Below, one piece after another: positions 13,265 through 27,854 of a stretch of 64,000 nt of DNA (the first letter of the stretch is position 1; each line of letters begins with the position of its first letter). The notes under the pieces are model-generated. The model worked only from the letters and a program-made list of their open reading frames with translations, was not told the DNA's origin and searched no databases. The stretch comes from the human T2T-CHM13v2.0 reference genome, Homo sapiens: NCBI RefSeq assembly GCF_009914755.1, contig NC_060932.1; one strand, written 5' to 3'. Both the position numbers and the translations under genes were made by a program.

Positions 13265-14419
13265 TGTTTTTATTTGTTTTAAATTCTTGTTTTTTCTATA
13301 AATTCTGAAGGTAATATTTTCTCATAAAACAACATCAAAATCGTAGTAAAATAGAAAAAGAGCCCCCTCCCCATTCCACTCCATGTAGTGTAACTTCTGT
13401 TGATGTTTGGGTTTGTGTTTCTCTAATCTCTATGTGTATAACACAGACAGTTTTATTGTTTTAAAATTTGAATGGTTCATATCATACTAGTATTCTGAAA
13501 TTTATTTTTCTTTAATATTTTTCAAATACTTATCTGTCAATATATACAGATTTTTTTTTAAATGTGTCTACCCAATGTAACCAGCCAATGTCCCTCAGAA
13601 TATTCGCTTGGATTTTTCAATTTCTAAGTATTACAAACAATGATATGAATATCTATGTACATTATCTTTGCATGGGTACTGCTGAATATTTATTCTGAGA
13701 AGAGAATTGTTGGCACCAGGGAGATGTTTGATAGATATTGCCAAGAGCCTTTCTAAACACCCACAGTATATTTCTTGTACCATGCTTGCCAACACTATAT
13801 AATAATGATTTATTTAGAATGTTGTCAATCTACTGTTGAAAAATTGATTCCTCATTGTTGGGAATTATATAAACCAGTCCCAGAACATCTGACTTGGGGA
13901 GTTCGGGAATTTTTCTTTAAAAATATAATAAAATGGGAATGGAATTAAATACACTTGAATATACCATCTTATTCTGAGCTTGTAAAAGAATCTACCGCAT
14001 TTGTTACTAACTATCCATTTACTGAATGGCTGGAGATACTGATACATGATAATGAGCATTTCTAGATTGCAAACATGTGGACCATGTTTGCAATAACAAC
14101 ATGTTGCAGTTGTGATTTTGTGGTTTGTAACTACATGTTTTCCTTCCTAAGAGAAGATTCACACCCCTAGGGCAAAAGTATGATTTTAAATGAGGTGTTA
14201 TAGCTCTGGGTCCTTTAAAAAGTTATCCATGCAAATGAAACTGGGTATGTTGTTGAAACAAACACAGTCTTGCAATTACTTCTCTCCACCATCCTCAAAG
14301 GTATTTATACCTATTGGTGTCAGTCCTGACACTCATATAGAGACATAAGGAACTCTGCAAATATGGCTTACTCTTATTCTTATGTTTTAAAGAATACGCA
14401 CGCACACACACATATAGAT

Positions 14420-14660
14420 CAGGTAATTCTTATTGAATACTTAATATGCACTAGGTACTATTGTAGGCAATTTATATGCCTTTTGCTTTTTAGATTCTTA
14501 TAACAATCCTGTGCTGTTCATATTAACATTCTTCCTACTTTACAGACGGAAAAAGTGAACCAGAGAGAAATTAAATAACTTGACTAAGGTTACACGTTTA
14601 CATGGGATAGAGCTGGGGATTCAAATGAAGGCACGTCAGCTCTAGGTCGTGAACGTAACT
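14420..14660 (-). mobile_element. MIR SINE
   Basis: TTTACAGACGGAAAAAGTGAACCAGAGAGAAATTAAATAACTTGACTAAGGTTACAC...GGATTCAAA. Confidence 0.7.
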
Positions 14661-15179
14661 ATGGCTGCTCCATGTCCTCATTGAGTTGCTTGCTGCACAA
14701 AGGTGCCTAACTGAGCAGAGGAACGGTTGAAACCTTTACACTACCCACAAACCAAACCATGTCCCTTTGTTCTTGGCTGAATATTCCCTGGGGAAGGCAC
14801 TTTTCTAGGCCACAGAATATCTGTAAGAGGTATCAGCACCCTTGCTGCTGTTGGATAATTTGTAGGAGCTACACAGACCTATTGGTTTCCATATGTATCT
14901 TTGTAACTCAATACTATTTACCTACTCATTATGGGTAGAACTTAAATAACAGATTTGCCTTATTGCCTGTTCTTCCCTACCTTATATTTTAAAACATGTT
15001 GACAGAGTATGCTCTTTACATGATAGAATTAGCTGATAACATCTGATGTTCCCCTGAAAACCTTTTATTTTATCAAGATGGTTTCCTGGAAAACGAATAG
15101 GGAGTTCACTTTTTTTCTTTTTGTGTGACACTCAACATTTTGAAGAACATGAAGGTCTTTAAGGATGACTAGCTTCATG

Positions 15180-15440
15180 GGAAGCTGCGTGGTGTATAAG
15201 TCACAAGGGCAGGCCTCGTTGTCAGATGGCAAGGTTTACATCCCAGCCCAGTTATTCACTAAATGGGAAGGGAGGGGTGCTTGGGCAACCTATCCTCTTT
15301 GAGGTCCAATTTCCTCATTTTTGAAATGTTTGCAATTATAATACCTATGCCATATAATTGGTAGGGTAATTACATATGCTAATCCATGGGAAACATTTAG
15401 AACAGTGCCTGGCACATTGAGTACCAGGTATGTGTTCTGT
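15180..15440 (+). mobile_element. MIR SINE
   Basis: CTTGGGCAACC...AATTTCCTCATTT...TTAGAACAGTGCCTGGCACAT. Confidence 0.65.
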
Positions 15441-16751
15441 GTTGCTGTTCTTATGGTAGAGTGAGATAATGCATCTACAGCACTGCTTGACTTGTTGTAA
15501 GTTCTTAATAGGTGTTACTTGTTTTTATTGATCTTCTCTCTAGAGATTATTATATTTATATACACAAAGTACTTATAACTTCAGAAAATTGTGGACCGCT
15601 GGAAACCTGTCCAAGCCCTCTAATAGGCCTTGGAGATGTATTGATGAATAAGAAAGAGAGTCTCTAATTTCTTGGAGCTTTCAGCTAAGCAGTGTAGAGA
15701 AAAATCACACCAAGTATAGTTCCATGGCTGGAACATTGGCTTTGGAGTTATTCCTACCTGTGTGCAGATCTCAATTCTGCCGCCTGTCAGTTGTATATCC
15801 CAGAGCAAGTCATTTAATGTTTCTTCAGATTAAATAGCTATGAAATGAGAAAATAGTTCTTACTTTCAAAGTACATATGGATAAATTCTTGCATTATTTA
15901 AATTAAGCATTTTGTCTGTTGAATGTTTGACACTTCCTACACTCTATTTCAGTATAGAAGAATCATATTTATAAAGGATAACAAAAAAATTGACAAGAAA
16001 TCTAGGCAGCTTTTCCCCCATCTCATTTAAAAGTATCATTATTTAATAGTAGGATATCATTTAAAAGTATGATAACACCTGGATCTGACAATTTAATGTT
16101 TTAAGTATTTTGAATCTTTGTTCCCGTGGGCTTATGCACTGTCTTGTGCTTTGCTTATGCTCTTGGCTGACTGAAGATTATGGACTGTGTTTTAGAATTT
16201 TTTTTTTTGCATTTTCTTATTGCAGACATCATAGTTACAGGTTCCAAATAAAGTTAATATATATTATTTTAGCAGGAATTAAGTTATAGGGTCTCTACAC
16301 GGTACCTGGAATACAAATATAAGTATCACTGCAAACAGTGATAATCTACCTTGAAGACAAACATAAGGTGACACTATTATATTAGGATAACAGATAATTA
16401 TAATTAGTATAATACCGTGGAAAACAGAAGCAAAAAGGGTACATTTAGCTTGAGTAGCCTGGAGATATTTCAGGGAAGTGTTAATGACTTCTGATGAGAA
16501 CTTGCTGAGTAGAGAAGAATTAGAAAAGTATTTGGGGCAGAGGAGATCAGACTTGCAGTAGGAATAGTAGCAAGAGATGAAGTGGGGAAGGAACACTGGG
16601 CCAGATTCTAACAATATTGAATGTGGGTAACAAGGATTGGACAATGTCTGCAAGGCACCGGGAAGCCATCACAATCTTTAAGCAGGTTGAGTTAAGATTT
16701 TTTTTCTTAAGATTGACTGGCAGCATTTTGGAAAATGGGTTAAAGACAGAA

Positions 16752-16836
16752 AGAAAGGGAGAGGAGAGGAGGACAGGAGAGGGCAAGGGAGGGAAGGGGA
16801 GGGGAAGGGAGGGGAGGGGAGGGGTGGGGAGGGGAA
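16752..16836 (+). repeat. GA-rich low-complexity tract (GGGA/GGGGA runs)
   Basis: Directly visible; G4/triplex-prone composition. Confidence 0.85.
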
Positions 16837-17064
16837 TAGTGAGAACTACGATAGTGGCCAGTGGCAATGAAGGTGAGAAGAGATTAGAATCTGTAGGTTT
16901 CAAAGGTATTTAAACTGAATTGATCAATTATAGAATATGTAAGATGAAGGAGTGAGAGAGATTGAAACTGACCTACATTTTTATATTTCTCAGCAATGAC
17001 TTAGAAACAACTCTTTCCTAAAGTTCTCCTGTCTGGCTGGGGATACCTATAAAAAAAAATTATT

Positions 17065-17345
17065 GGCTGGGTATGGTGGCTCATGCCTGTAATCCTAGCA
17101 CTTTGGGAGGCTGAGGCGGGTGGATCACTTGAGGTCAGGAGTTTGAAACCAGCTTGGTCAACATGATGAAACCCCACAAAAAAATGAGCATGGGCATGGT
17201 GGCGGGCGCCTGTAAGCTCAGCTACTTGGGAGGCTGAGGCAGGAGAATTGCTTGAACCTAGGAGGCTGAGATTGCAGTGAGCCGAGATTCTAGCATTACA
17301 CTCCAGCCTGGACGACAAAGAGAGACTTTGTCTAAAAGATTTAAA
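17065..17345 (+). mobile_element. Alu (AluSx-like)
   Basis: Dimer with small central deletion; AAAAAAATTATT direct repeat on both sides. Confidence 0.95.
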
Positions 17346-17469
17346 AAATAATAAAAAAATTATTATTCACCATGCTAAGTATAATTGTTGAGTCCTGGGG
17401 AAGTATTATTAAAACCTAGTGAAAAGCCAACTCACTTTTCCTGGAGTAGGTTAAGAAATTAAATATAAA

Positions 17470-18800
17470 TTCTTTATTTTTAAGTCAGGTTTATTGAGAT
17501 ATAATTTGCAATCAGTAAAACCCCTTTTTATGCATGTGCTTCAGTGAGTTTTGACAAATGTATGTAGTTTTGTAACCATTACCACAATGAAGATAAAGAA
17601 CATTTCTGCACCCATCCCCCTCAAACTCCCTGTGCCTTTTTGTAATTTTTCCCTCCACTACACCCCAGGCAACCACCGATCTGATTTCCGTCATTAATGT
17701 TGCCTTTTCCAGGATAATATATAAATGGAATCATATACTATGTACCCTTTTATGTCTTTTTTTTTAATTTAGCATAATTATTTTGAGATTCATTCATCTT
17801 ACTTTGTGCATCAGGAGTTTATTCCTTTGGGGGAGAAAAAAAAACCTTGGATTTATGAGGTGTTATTGACATACCATAAACAGCGTATATTTAAAGTGTA
17901 CAATTTGAGAAGTTTTGATATATGTATATACCCATGAAATCACCACAGTAAAGATAGTGAATATAGCCAACACCTCCAAAGGTTTTCTAAAGCTCTTTTA
18001 TACACTCTTTCTCCTGTTCCTTGCATTCCCTTCCTTCCCTGTCCCAAAGCAACCATTGATCTACTTTCTGGACCTGTAAATTCATTTGCATTTTCTAGAA
18101 TTTTATATCCATGGGGTCACACAGTATTATTTTGTGTCTGGCATATTTCACTCAGTGTAATTATTTTGATATGCATTTATTTGGTTGCATGTATCAATAG
18201 TTGTTTTTAAAAATATTTTTTGCTAAATAGCATAATGTTGTATAGATATTCTGCAATTTGTTTATCCATTCACTTGATGAACATTTGGCTTGTTTCCAGG
18301 TTTTGGCTATCACAAATAACGCTGCTATGAACTTTCTTGTATCAAGTCTTGGTGTGTACACTTACATTTGTCTTATATGATTACCTAGGAATAGAATGGT
18401 TGGATCATAGGCAAAGAATTACCAATCTGGTTTCCAGAGTAGTTGTCCCATTTTACATTCCCACCAGTAGGGCTTGAGAGTTTCAGTTTCTTTACAGCCT
18501 AACCAACACTTGGTATGATCAGTCTTCTAATTTTAGACATTCTAAAAGATATAAGATATTTCATTGTGATTTTAATTTGTATTTCCCTAATGACTAATGA
18601 TTCTGAACATCTTTTCATGAGCTTATGTAACATAAATGATTATCTTTGGTGAAGTTTTGTTCAAATCCTATGCAGTCCCCTTCTTTTAAAAACTGAGTTG
18701 TTTGTTTTTTTTCATTATCAAGTTAGAAGAGTTCTATATATATTATAGATATCAGTCCTTTTCAAGATATGGGTTTTGAAAATATTTCTCCCCACATGAA
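17470..18800 (-). mobile_element. Old L1M (MB/MC-type) 3' regions, probably two pieces
   Basis: TTTATTGAGATATAATT, CCCCAGGCAACCAC, ATTTTACATTCCCACCAG, TTTCCCTAATGACTAATGA antisense L1M motifs; the 3'-end motif recurs at ~17860. Confidence 0.8.
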
Positions 18801-19941
18801 TTTATTCTTATACAAGGGATAGGATTTGATCAAGAGAAAAAGGGTAAAGATATTATATTCATAAATGGGAATAGCATGTACAAAAAAAGAAATAAAAAAT
18901 TGGATTTATGAGGCCTCAATATGGAGTAAAATAGAAAAAGGTGATAGAAAATGAGTTTTCAAAAATAAAGAGTAGCCTGAATATAAAGACTTATGGAATT
19001 TAGACTCTTTTTGTGAGCACCAATACTAATAAATATCAATACAACAACAATAGTTATACTAAGAATTGAGCATTGCAGTTTATAGAGTGTTTTTATATAC
19101 ACGGTCTACAGTGTTTCCCCCTGGATCAATTTGCTTTAGTCCTGTGACAACTATGTGAAGGCACAGAGACTCGGGGCCATGTGAAGTCAATATCAAATAT
19201 AGGTTTTTGGGGTTTAAGCCAATGCCTTTTCAACCAGTGTGTGCACGTGTGTGTGTTGGGGGGTGGGGGGCATGTATATGTACATTTAATGGAGTGTGAG
19301 GAAAGAATGACAGCTGGATTGGTCTACAAAGGCTCAGAAGGGCACTTTCCCAATAGGGCAGGGGAGAGTGTCCTGCTGAGCTCTGGCAGGTGGTACAATA
19401 GGTTCTGATAAAGTTTGGGTTGTATACCCGTACTTTAAAAATGACAATTCACAGTTATTATAGAATGGTTCACAAAAATTTCAAAATCTCAGAAGATATT
19501 TTAGATTCTGTGAATTTTTTTTAGTTGTCTTTTATTTGTAACCTGACCCTAGATAAATAAAGTAAAATTATATGTTAGTTAATTTGTTAAGACAAAAATA
19601 ATGTGATCAAGTTCTTTTCTTTATTTTTAATTTTGTTGTTTTATTTTTAATGTCTCATGGGAATTCAAAGAACTTACTTTTTCAAACACAGTCCTTTTGT
19701 TCAGTATATTCTGATTTCATTGTCTTGCTCAGGGCTCTGCCCTGACTTTTTTCTGCATACGGCTGACATGCAATTAGAACATCAGATCAACTTCGGAAAC
19801 ATGAATAAAAATTACCTGCTGAATAGACTCATGATTTGGACATTTTCTTTTTTTTCTTCAGTTTTTGAACTTACTTGGAAGCTTTGAAATGTCCTGATTT
19901 GCTGTGTTTTCAAAATTTTCACCCATTTTTAACTCCTATAG

Positions 19942-20047
19942 GTTCTTTTTATGGTAAAGTACCAGTGGCTTATAACCGAGAGAAACTGAAGTCTACTTGC
20001 CAGTGTGTGGCTTCTCCATATTAAAATGCTGTACCCTTAAAAGGAAG
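19942..20047 (+). other. Putative 106-nt internal 5'UTR exon
   Basis: Acceptor TTTTTAACTCCTATAG|G and donor GAAG|GTAAAA in non-repeat sequence; contains two short ATG-initiated ORFs that stop inside the exon. Confidence 0.5.
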
Positions 20048-20556
20048 GTAAAAATGATTTTAATAGTAATTATGTTTAATATGCTCATACACATTACTGT
20101 ATGTTATTTGTGCCTCTTTTGTGTGATCAGTTCAAAATCACTTTAAGAAAACTGCTGAAGTATTGTACAGCATGTCTATGTAGACTTCGCATGGGACCTG
20201 CCATTTTCTCACAGATAAACCTAGAAGGCTTGAGCTTCTTTTAAAATAAATTTGCATAATCATTCTGTTTATGTTCATATTACTTAATTAGTTTGGGGTG
20301 ATGAAAAACACATGCAGGTTTTGGAGTTAAATACACGTGATTCAAGCCTGCAGCTTTGAGCATGTTAGCAAACTTCCTGAAGCTCTCCCTACCCAGTTTA
20401 CTGTACATTGTGAGACATAAATAAGATGACATTTAAAGTGCTCAGCATAGAGTCTGGCAAAAGGTGGATGTACTTAATAAATGTGTAATTGCTTGCTATC
20501 TTGACTCTTCTTTATATTAATATTTCTATATATTTATTCCGATTACTGTAGGTTTG

Positions 20557-20622
20557 GTACACACACATACGAGCATGTGCATGGTCGCACGCGTGTGCGC
20601 ACACACACACACACACACACAC
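20557..20622 (+). repeat. (CA)n and mixed alternating purine-pyrimidine tract
   Basis: Directly visible. Confidence 0.9.
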
Positions 20623-20649
20623 GCTGCTGTGACTAGTCAGCATTCTGTT

Positions 20650-20780
20650 ATTTTTATTTTTTATAGATGAGGGTCACCCAGGCTGAAGTGCAGTGGTATG
20701 ATTATAGCTCACTGTAGCCTCAAACTCCTGGCGACAAGTCATCCTTCTGCCTCAGCCTTCTGAATAGCTGGGATTACAGG
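20650..20780 (-). mobile_element. Alu monomer / AluJ right-arm fragment
   Basis: CCCAGGCTGAAGTGCAGTGG...AGCTGGGATTACAGG. Confidence 0.85.
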
Positions 20781-21436
20781 GAGTTAACATTTATTCAGTT
20801 TATGTGTGCTAGATACTAAATGCTTCACATATATTAAATTGTTTAATTCTTTCAATAACTCTATACGGTATAAGATATTGTTATCTCCACTATGCTACTA
20901 AGGAAACTGAGTCAAGGAGATGTTATGAATACCCAGTGAGACTAAATAATTAGTGTAAGCATTAAATAGGAACCAAGGCCATTCGTCTCCAGAGCCCAGT
21001 TTCTTCTGATAATAACTTAAATACTAATAAGGTCTTATGCTATTAATCTCATCTCAGTTTTTACAGTATCTTCTAAAGCTAAAAATGAAATAAGGTAATT
21101 TTATTTTTCTCCTTTGTGTTCTATCAATTATTTATATGAAGCATATGAATGATTTCACTGAATTCAATTTGAGCATCTATTAGGTGAAAATAATTTAACT
21201 GATATTTCATGTGTAAATAAACAATACGGCAGATTGACTTCTGAGACGTGTTAGAATAGATTTTGTAAAACCCTGAACATGAAATTTTAATTGAAACTAA
21301 TTTATGAAATCAGGAATAAAAATGATAATAGTCACATATTTGATCAAATAGAAGCTGGTGCTTATGGTATTAATTTTTATCTAGTTTTGCACGATAAATT
21401 TTGAATACTTAGTTAATTATAAATGTGTGTGTGTCT

Positions 21437-21468
<32 letters not shown>

Positions 21469-21479
21469 TTTAGGTAGGA

Positions 21480-21850
21480 GTGTTAGTTTGCTAGGGCCGC
21501 CATAACATAATGGGCCACGTACTGGGTGGCTTAAATAACAGAAATTTATCTTTTCACAGTTCTGGAGGCTAGAAATTTAAGATTAAGGTTTCAGCAGGCT
21601 TGGTGTCTTCTGAAGCCCTTCTCCTTGGCTTGCAGATGGCTGCTTCCTCCTGGTGTCCTCATGTGGCCGCCCCTAGATTGGTGTGCTGTCTGTGTCCTGA
21701 TCTCCTTTTATAAGGACACCAGTCATATTGTATGAGGGCCCACCAACTTGACTTCATCTTACCTTAGTTATTTCTTTCTGAGGTACTACTGGGGGTTAAG
21801 ACTTTAACATATGATTTTGGGAGGGACACACAGTTCAGCCAATAATAACA
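21480..21850 (-). mobile_element. MaLR solo LTR (MLT1A/B-like)
   Basis: TGTTAGTTTGCTAGGGCCGCCATAACA...TCACAGTTCTGGAGGCTAGAA...TATAAGGACACCAGTCATATTG. Confidence 0.85.
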
Positions 21851-22149
21851 GGGCAACCATAAAATGGTTTTGTCTCATTAGAAGCTTGGATGTTTTAAAT
21901 CTTCCTTACAGTCTATGCATATATTTGTTTTCGACTATCAATTAAATCAACTCGGTTCAAACATCTAGAATCAAAACCATTTATGTTTACTTGTAGAAAG
22001 CTTTCCTCTCTCCTAACAGTCATATCCTCATCCACACTTTCCTCATATTTGGCCTTAGTATATTCCCCCTTTGACAAGTCCTTCTGGCTAGGACAAATGG
22101 CAAAATTGATGTGGCTTGAGGATGATATCCGGAGTCACTGAATATATAG

Positions 22150-22501
<352 letters not shown>

Positions 22502-23559
22502 TGTGATAAGTCTCTTGTTTTTTAAAAAATAATTTTTGCCTGCTACTTATGTACAAACCACTATTTTCCCATCATGGCCTTTGAGTCAATGATAGTGTTT
22601 TGATTAAATAGCAGCAGAGGGAAGTTCTGTGGACATGCATGTTTGTGTCCCTGAGACTATCAGAAGTTAAACAACAATGCCAAAGTAAGCTGAACTCCAA
22701 AGCAAGGCAGATACTGTGTTTGCATTTGGGAGAAACCGTTTTAAGTATTTCTTTGAGGCTTTTGTACTCTGCTCGGTTCAGGTCCTCATACAGGCATTTA
22801 TGTATCACCTTAATTTATAAATGGTGAGTTTTAGTAGGAAGCATTGAATTTACACAAACAATAATCCAGAGGCTACTAAACTGGGTACTTCTCTTGAATC
22901 AATGGAAAGAAAAACACAGCAAAGCACCCTTCATGCTGAGCAAAAGTTTCAAGATGTCAGACCCATTCCGAGGGACACTATCTATGGTGGCTTCCCCTCT
23001 GTCCTGTTTGAAAGAGATAAATACACATAAGCCTTTAAGATACAAAGGGCAGTTTCTGTATTTGAAGTTATGCATTACACTGGTGATTTCAGAGTTTCTC
23101 AGGTAAAATCCTAACAACTGTGATTGCAGTACAAGCTCCATGATTCACGCCCACCAACACTTCAATGTCACTGACAATGTAATTGCAGCTCATGGATGTT
23201 TAGGAGAGTGTGCTCACTCCAGTGCGTCTGTTTTAAAACAGCGAGTGATTAGTTGTGTTATGGCTTTAGCCATCTTGCAATAAATGTATTAGGAACAGTG
23301 GTTTATTGATTTAGATAAATGTATCAGGTCCTAGCTATTTAACTTCTTTGTGCTTTAGTTTGCACATCTCTAATATGGGATACTACCACTTAACTTTCAT
23401 AGGATTCCTGAGAATCTTCAGTTGAACAACATATATAAGACAACACTCAGCACCATTTCTGGCACTTGGTAGTTGCTTAACCAACTGAAATATTTTTTTG
23501 CTATTATTTTTAATTTCCTCTTATGATATCAGAACTAGGTTAAAAAAAAAACTCCCAAT

Positions 23560-24070
23560 TTTTTGCTTAAATCAAAAGCCAGGAGTCTTCTTAATTTCTG
23601 TCTTCTCCTTACACATCTTATCTAATTCATCAGTAAATTAGAGATCTGCCAATATTAACTTCAATTGGGCCTCACATTTTCTACTTATCTTTATCTCTAC
23701 TGCTGCTATGTTGTCTGAGCCAATTGTGTACGTGGACAACTGCTGTAAGTCTACGAACTGCTTTCTCCGTAACCACATTGCTCCCTTCAAGGAGGACATT
23801 CTTAAAACTTAAATAAGAATATGTTATCTTCCTGCTTAAAATCATCTGATTGGTTTCTCATTGTACTAGGAATAAAGTCCAGACTCTTTCTTGCGGCCTA
23901 TGAGGTGTTTGACGTTCCGGCCTCAGCCGTCTCTCTTTTACCTCTTGCAACTCTCTTTGACCCCTGAAGTTTTAGTCACATCTGAGTTTTCTTCATTCTC
24001 CTCTAATTAGTCAAGCTGTTTTTTATCCCAGGGCCTTCCTTCATCATTTGTGTTCAATATTCCTTCCAAA
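23560..24070 (+). mobile_element. L2 LINE fragment
   Basis: CTTCCTGCTTAAAATCATCTGATTGGTTTCTCATTG...AATAAAGTCCAGACTC. Confidence 0.6.
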
Positions 24071-24440
24071 CCCTTCCCCGATCTCCCACACATAAACATC
24101 ATATGAATATATTTTATCCTTTAGTTCTCAGTTTCTGTGAGTTTCCTCTGATTTGTACAGGTGTCTTTTTTCATATTTATTGATGATTGGAGATAACTGA
24201 GTAGACCCAGCTGACTGGGAGGTCTCAGCAGCAGACGGTTGAGTGGATATTGTCACAGAAGGCCAGGCAGCAAGAGGAGAAAGGAAATTAGGATGCCGAG
24301 TATTTAATGAAGCAAAACAAACAAAATAACTCTGACTCATTCTTTACATATAACTTGAAAATGTAAATTACATGACGTAATTATTTTTGTTTAGATTAAG
24401 ATATGATGATTACTAAGAAGTGCTAGTTGAGGACTCTAAA

Positions 24441-24794
24441 GCAGTACTGGACAATGAAAGTATAATTCAGCCTCATGTGTACTTTTAGTTCTCTTATAGC
24501 CACATCGCAGGTAAGTAGAAACAAAGGAAAGTCACTTTAATAATCTATTTTATTTAACCCAATATATTAAAAATATAATCATTTCAATGTATAGCCAATA
24601 TAAATGTACAAATTATTAATGAGAAAAAACAAAGCAAGCAAAATTATTAATGAGATCTTTCCTGTTCCTTTTTCATGGTAGGTCTTGGAAATCTGTGCAT
24701 TTTACACTTGCAGCACATCTCACTTTCTCGCAGTCACAGTTCAGAGCTCTGTGACCACATGTGGCCAGTGGCTACCTAGTTGGTCAGTCCAGGT
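24441..24794. mobile_element. MER33/MER3-like hAT-Charlie MITE
   Basis: ATTTTATTTAACCCAATATATT, TTTTACACTTGCAGCACATCTCA, CACATGTGGCCAGTGGCTACC. Confidence 0.8.
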
Positions 24795-25119
24795 CTAAGG
24801 GTTATTTAAAGGAAGTTTAATCTGCACCATTCCTTTATCATCTGGGATGACTTTTTATTCAATTTTGTGACAATTTAACTTTGAATTGGTTTTTTAGATT
24901 AGATATACCAGCTTTCTATTTTCAATGACTTTTAAATAGATGTATGGGAAAAATATTTTCTGGCATTTACGAAAAACCTATCATCTCTATCTTAATTATG
25001 TTTGAAGATAAATAGGGTTGACAGGGGTTAGTTTACACTGGAGAGTTGACAGTGCTGCTAGAGTTTCTGCAACTTTTAAGATTTATGTAAGAGGCAGTTT
25101 ACACGGAAATTGCACATGC

Positions 25120-25340
25120 AAGTGGTTCACAAACTTGAGTGGGCATCAGAATCAGCTGGGAAGCTAGTAACTCTGAAGATTTTTTGGCTTCACCCCGGGA
25201 CTCAGTAGGTCTAGGATGGTGCCGAGCACCTGCATTTGTAGCAAGTTTGCAGGTGCTGCTCCTGCTAGTAGAGGCCACTGCTGGCATAGACCATCTCGTC
25301 TCTCCACATGCACGGTGCACGTGGAGATTGCCTTGAGCAA
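25120..25340. mobile_element. MER5A-like hAT-Charlie MITE
   Basis: GCATCAGAATCAGCTGGGAAGCT...TCAGTAGGTCTAGGATGG...TGCATTTGTAGCAAGTT. Confidence 0.65.
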
Positions 25341-26114
25341 CAGGGCATGTTTTTCTTCTTTATATGGTTGATGATGCAGACCCTGGAAACTACTCTTTTT
25401 TCATTTGTTTGTTTCTATGTGTGTGTGCGCGTCAGGTGGAGGGTAGATGGAGAAAGTTACTTACCTGTTCATTATGCTGTTGTGTTCTACTTTGAGAAAA
25501 CAGTAGCAAAAGAACTTTAGGGGAAAGATAACAACAAAATAAATTTCAGAGAAGGAAACTGAGATCAGTGGGCAATACAAGCTCCCTAGTGACTATTCCA
25601 TATATCTTACTACTTATGCTGTGAGGGGCGGGGAAATAGGAAGGTATTTTACCTTTACAGTGTCTATTTTCTAGGTCCAGATGACAGACTATTAGTGAAA
25701 TAATAATAGCTCTGTTGAATACTCAACCAAAAGCTAGTATTTTCCCCACAGTAATTTATCTGTTTTCTAGCCATTATGATATCCACTAAGTTCTAAGTGT
25801 TAAATTAGCTTTTAGGCTCACATGGAAATAAGTACCATTGTTTATATGATCAGGGCAGTGCTTGTTCAGCTACTGTTTCATGTTGGATTTCTGCAAAGCT
25901 GCAATTGTGTGAATCAGGCCTCAGTGAATACTAGGTAAAATTAATGTCAAATTTCTAAGTGATGAGGAAAATCATTATCAAAGTAAATATATTAACTTTG
26001 TAAGGCTATAGATTTTAAGTTTTTTTAAATAAAGGCTAAATTTAGGAAATAATCCAGTGAAATTAATCTTTCCTCCTCATGTTCTCTGAAAACTTATTTC
26101 TCTGCTGCATTATC

Positions 26115-26324
26115 TTTTTTTTTTTTTGAGACGGAGTCTCACTCTGTCACCCAGGCTGGAGTGCGGTGGTGCGATCTCGGCTCACTGCAAGCTCCGCCTC
26201 CCAGGTTCACGCCATTCTCCTGACTCAGCCTCCTGAGTAGCTGGGAGTACAGGCGCCCGCCACCATGCCCCGCTAATTTTTTCTATTTTTCACTAGAGAC
26301 GGGGTTTCACCGTGTTAGCCAGTA
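26115..26324 (-). mobile_element. 5'-truncated AluY
   Basis: AluY diagnostics (GCAAGCTCCGCCTCC, TTCACGCCATT, CGTGTTAGCC); TSD TG(C/T)ATTATCT. Confidence 0.9.
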
Positions 26325-26807
26325 TGTATTATCTAATATTTATTGAGCATTTATTATTTACAGGCACTGCTCTAAATGCTTTATCAGCATTAATTCATTT
26401 AGTCCTCATAACAAGCTGATAACTATATTATTATCATTCCGATTTTACAGATGGGTGTTACACAACCAGTTAGGAGCAGAGATGATATTCTGCTGGGCTT
26501 AATTGCAATATTATATCTTCCTCTGTGAGATTCAGCTGTCTTAATTTGTTCTTTCAACACTTGGTCTTTCTTCCTTGACCTCCTATTCCATAAACTTGTA
26601 CCAAACTATACATCCATTTGAAATATTTTTGGCCTGGAATTTTGTTCCCTTTTCCATAATTTTATACTTTTTTCTCCCTCCATGCCTTCTCTAAGTCATT
26701 CACCTTATCTGAAAGTATAATCCCTCTTCTTTTGGCTTAGCTCTGCCCTTAATAACATTTTACATTAGTTAGCTCTCATAACTCTCAGTATATTTATGAC
26801 TTTTCTT

Positions 26808-27598
<791 letters not shown>

Positions 27599-27854
27599 CT
27601 GTCCAGTTTCTTATGTGTGTGTGTTTGTTGGCAGGTGTATGTTTTATATTTATTCACTATGAGTAATTTGTATATGGATTTTTACATTGATTATTGAATT
27701 ATTTTTTCCTTATTAAAGTAATATTTAGCATTATCTTCTTAATATCAAATTAAATGTTCGTTAAATAGAAATAATACAATCTATCTAACCCTTTTTAAAA
27801 TTTTTGTACAGGTTGAGAGTGTTTATTAATACAGCATCTTAAATTTTTTACCTT

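Noticed and set aside
21424-21462. (TG)n-CT-(AC)n hairpin
   Set aside because: Common microsatellite juxtaposition with no further structure.
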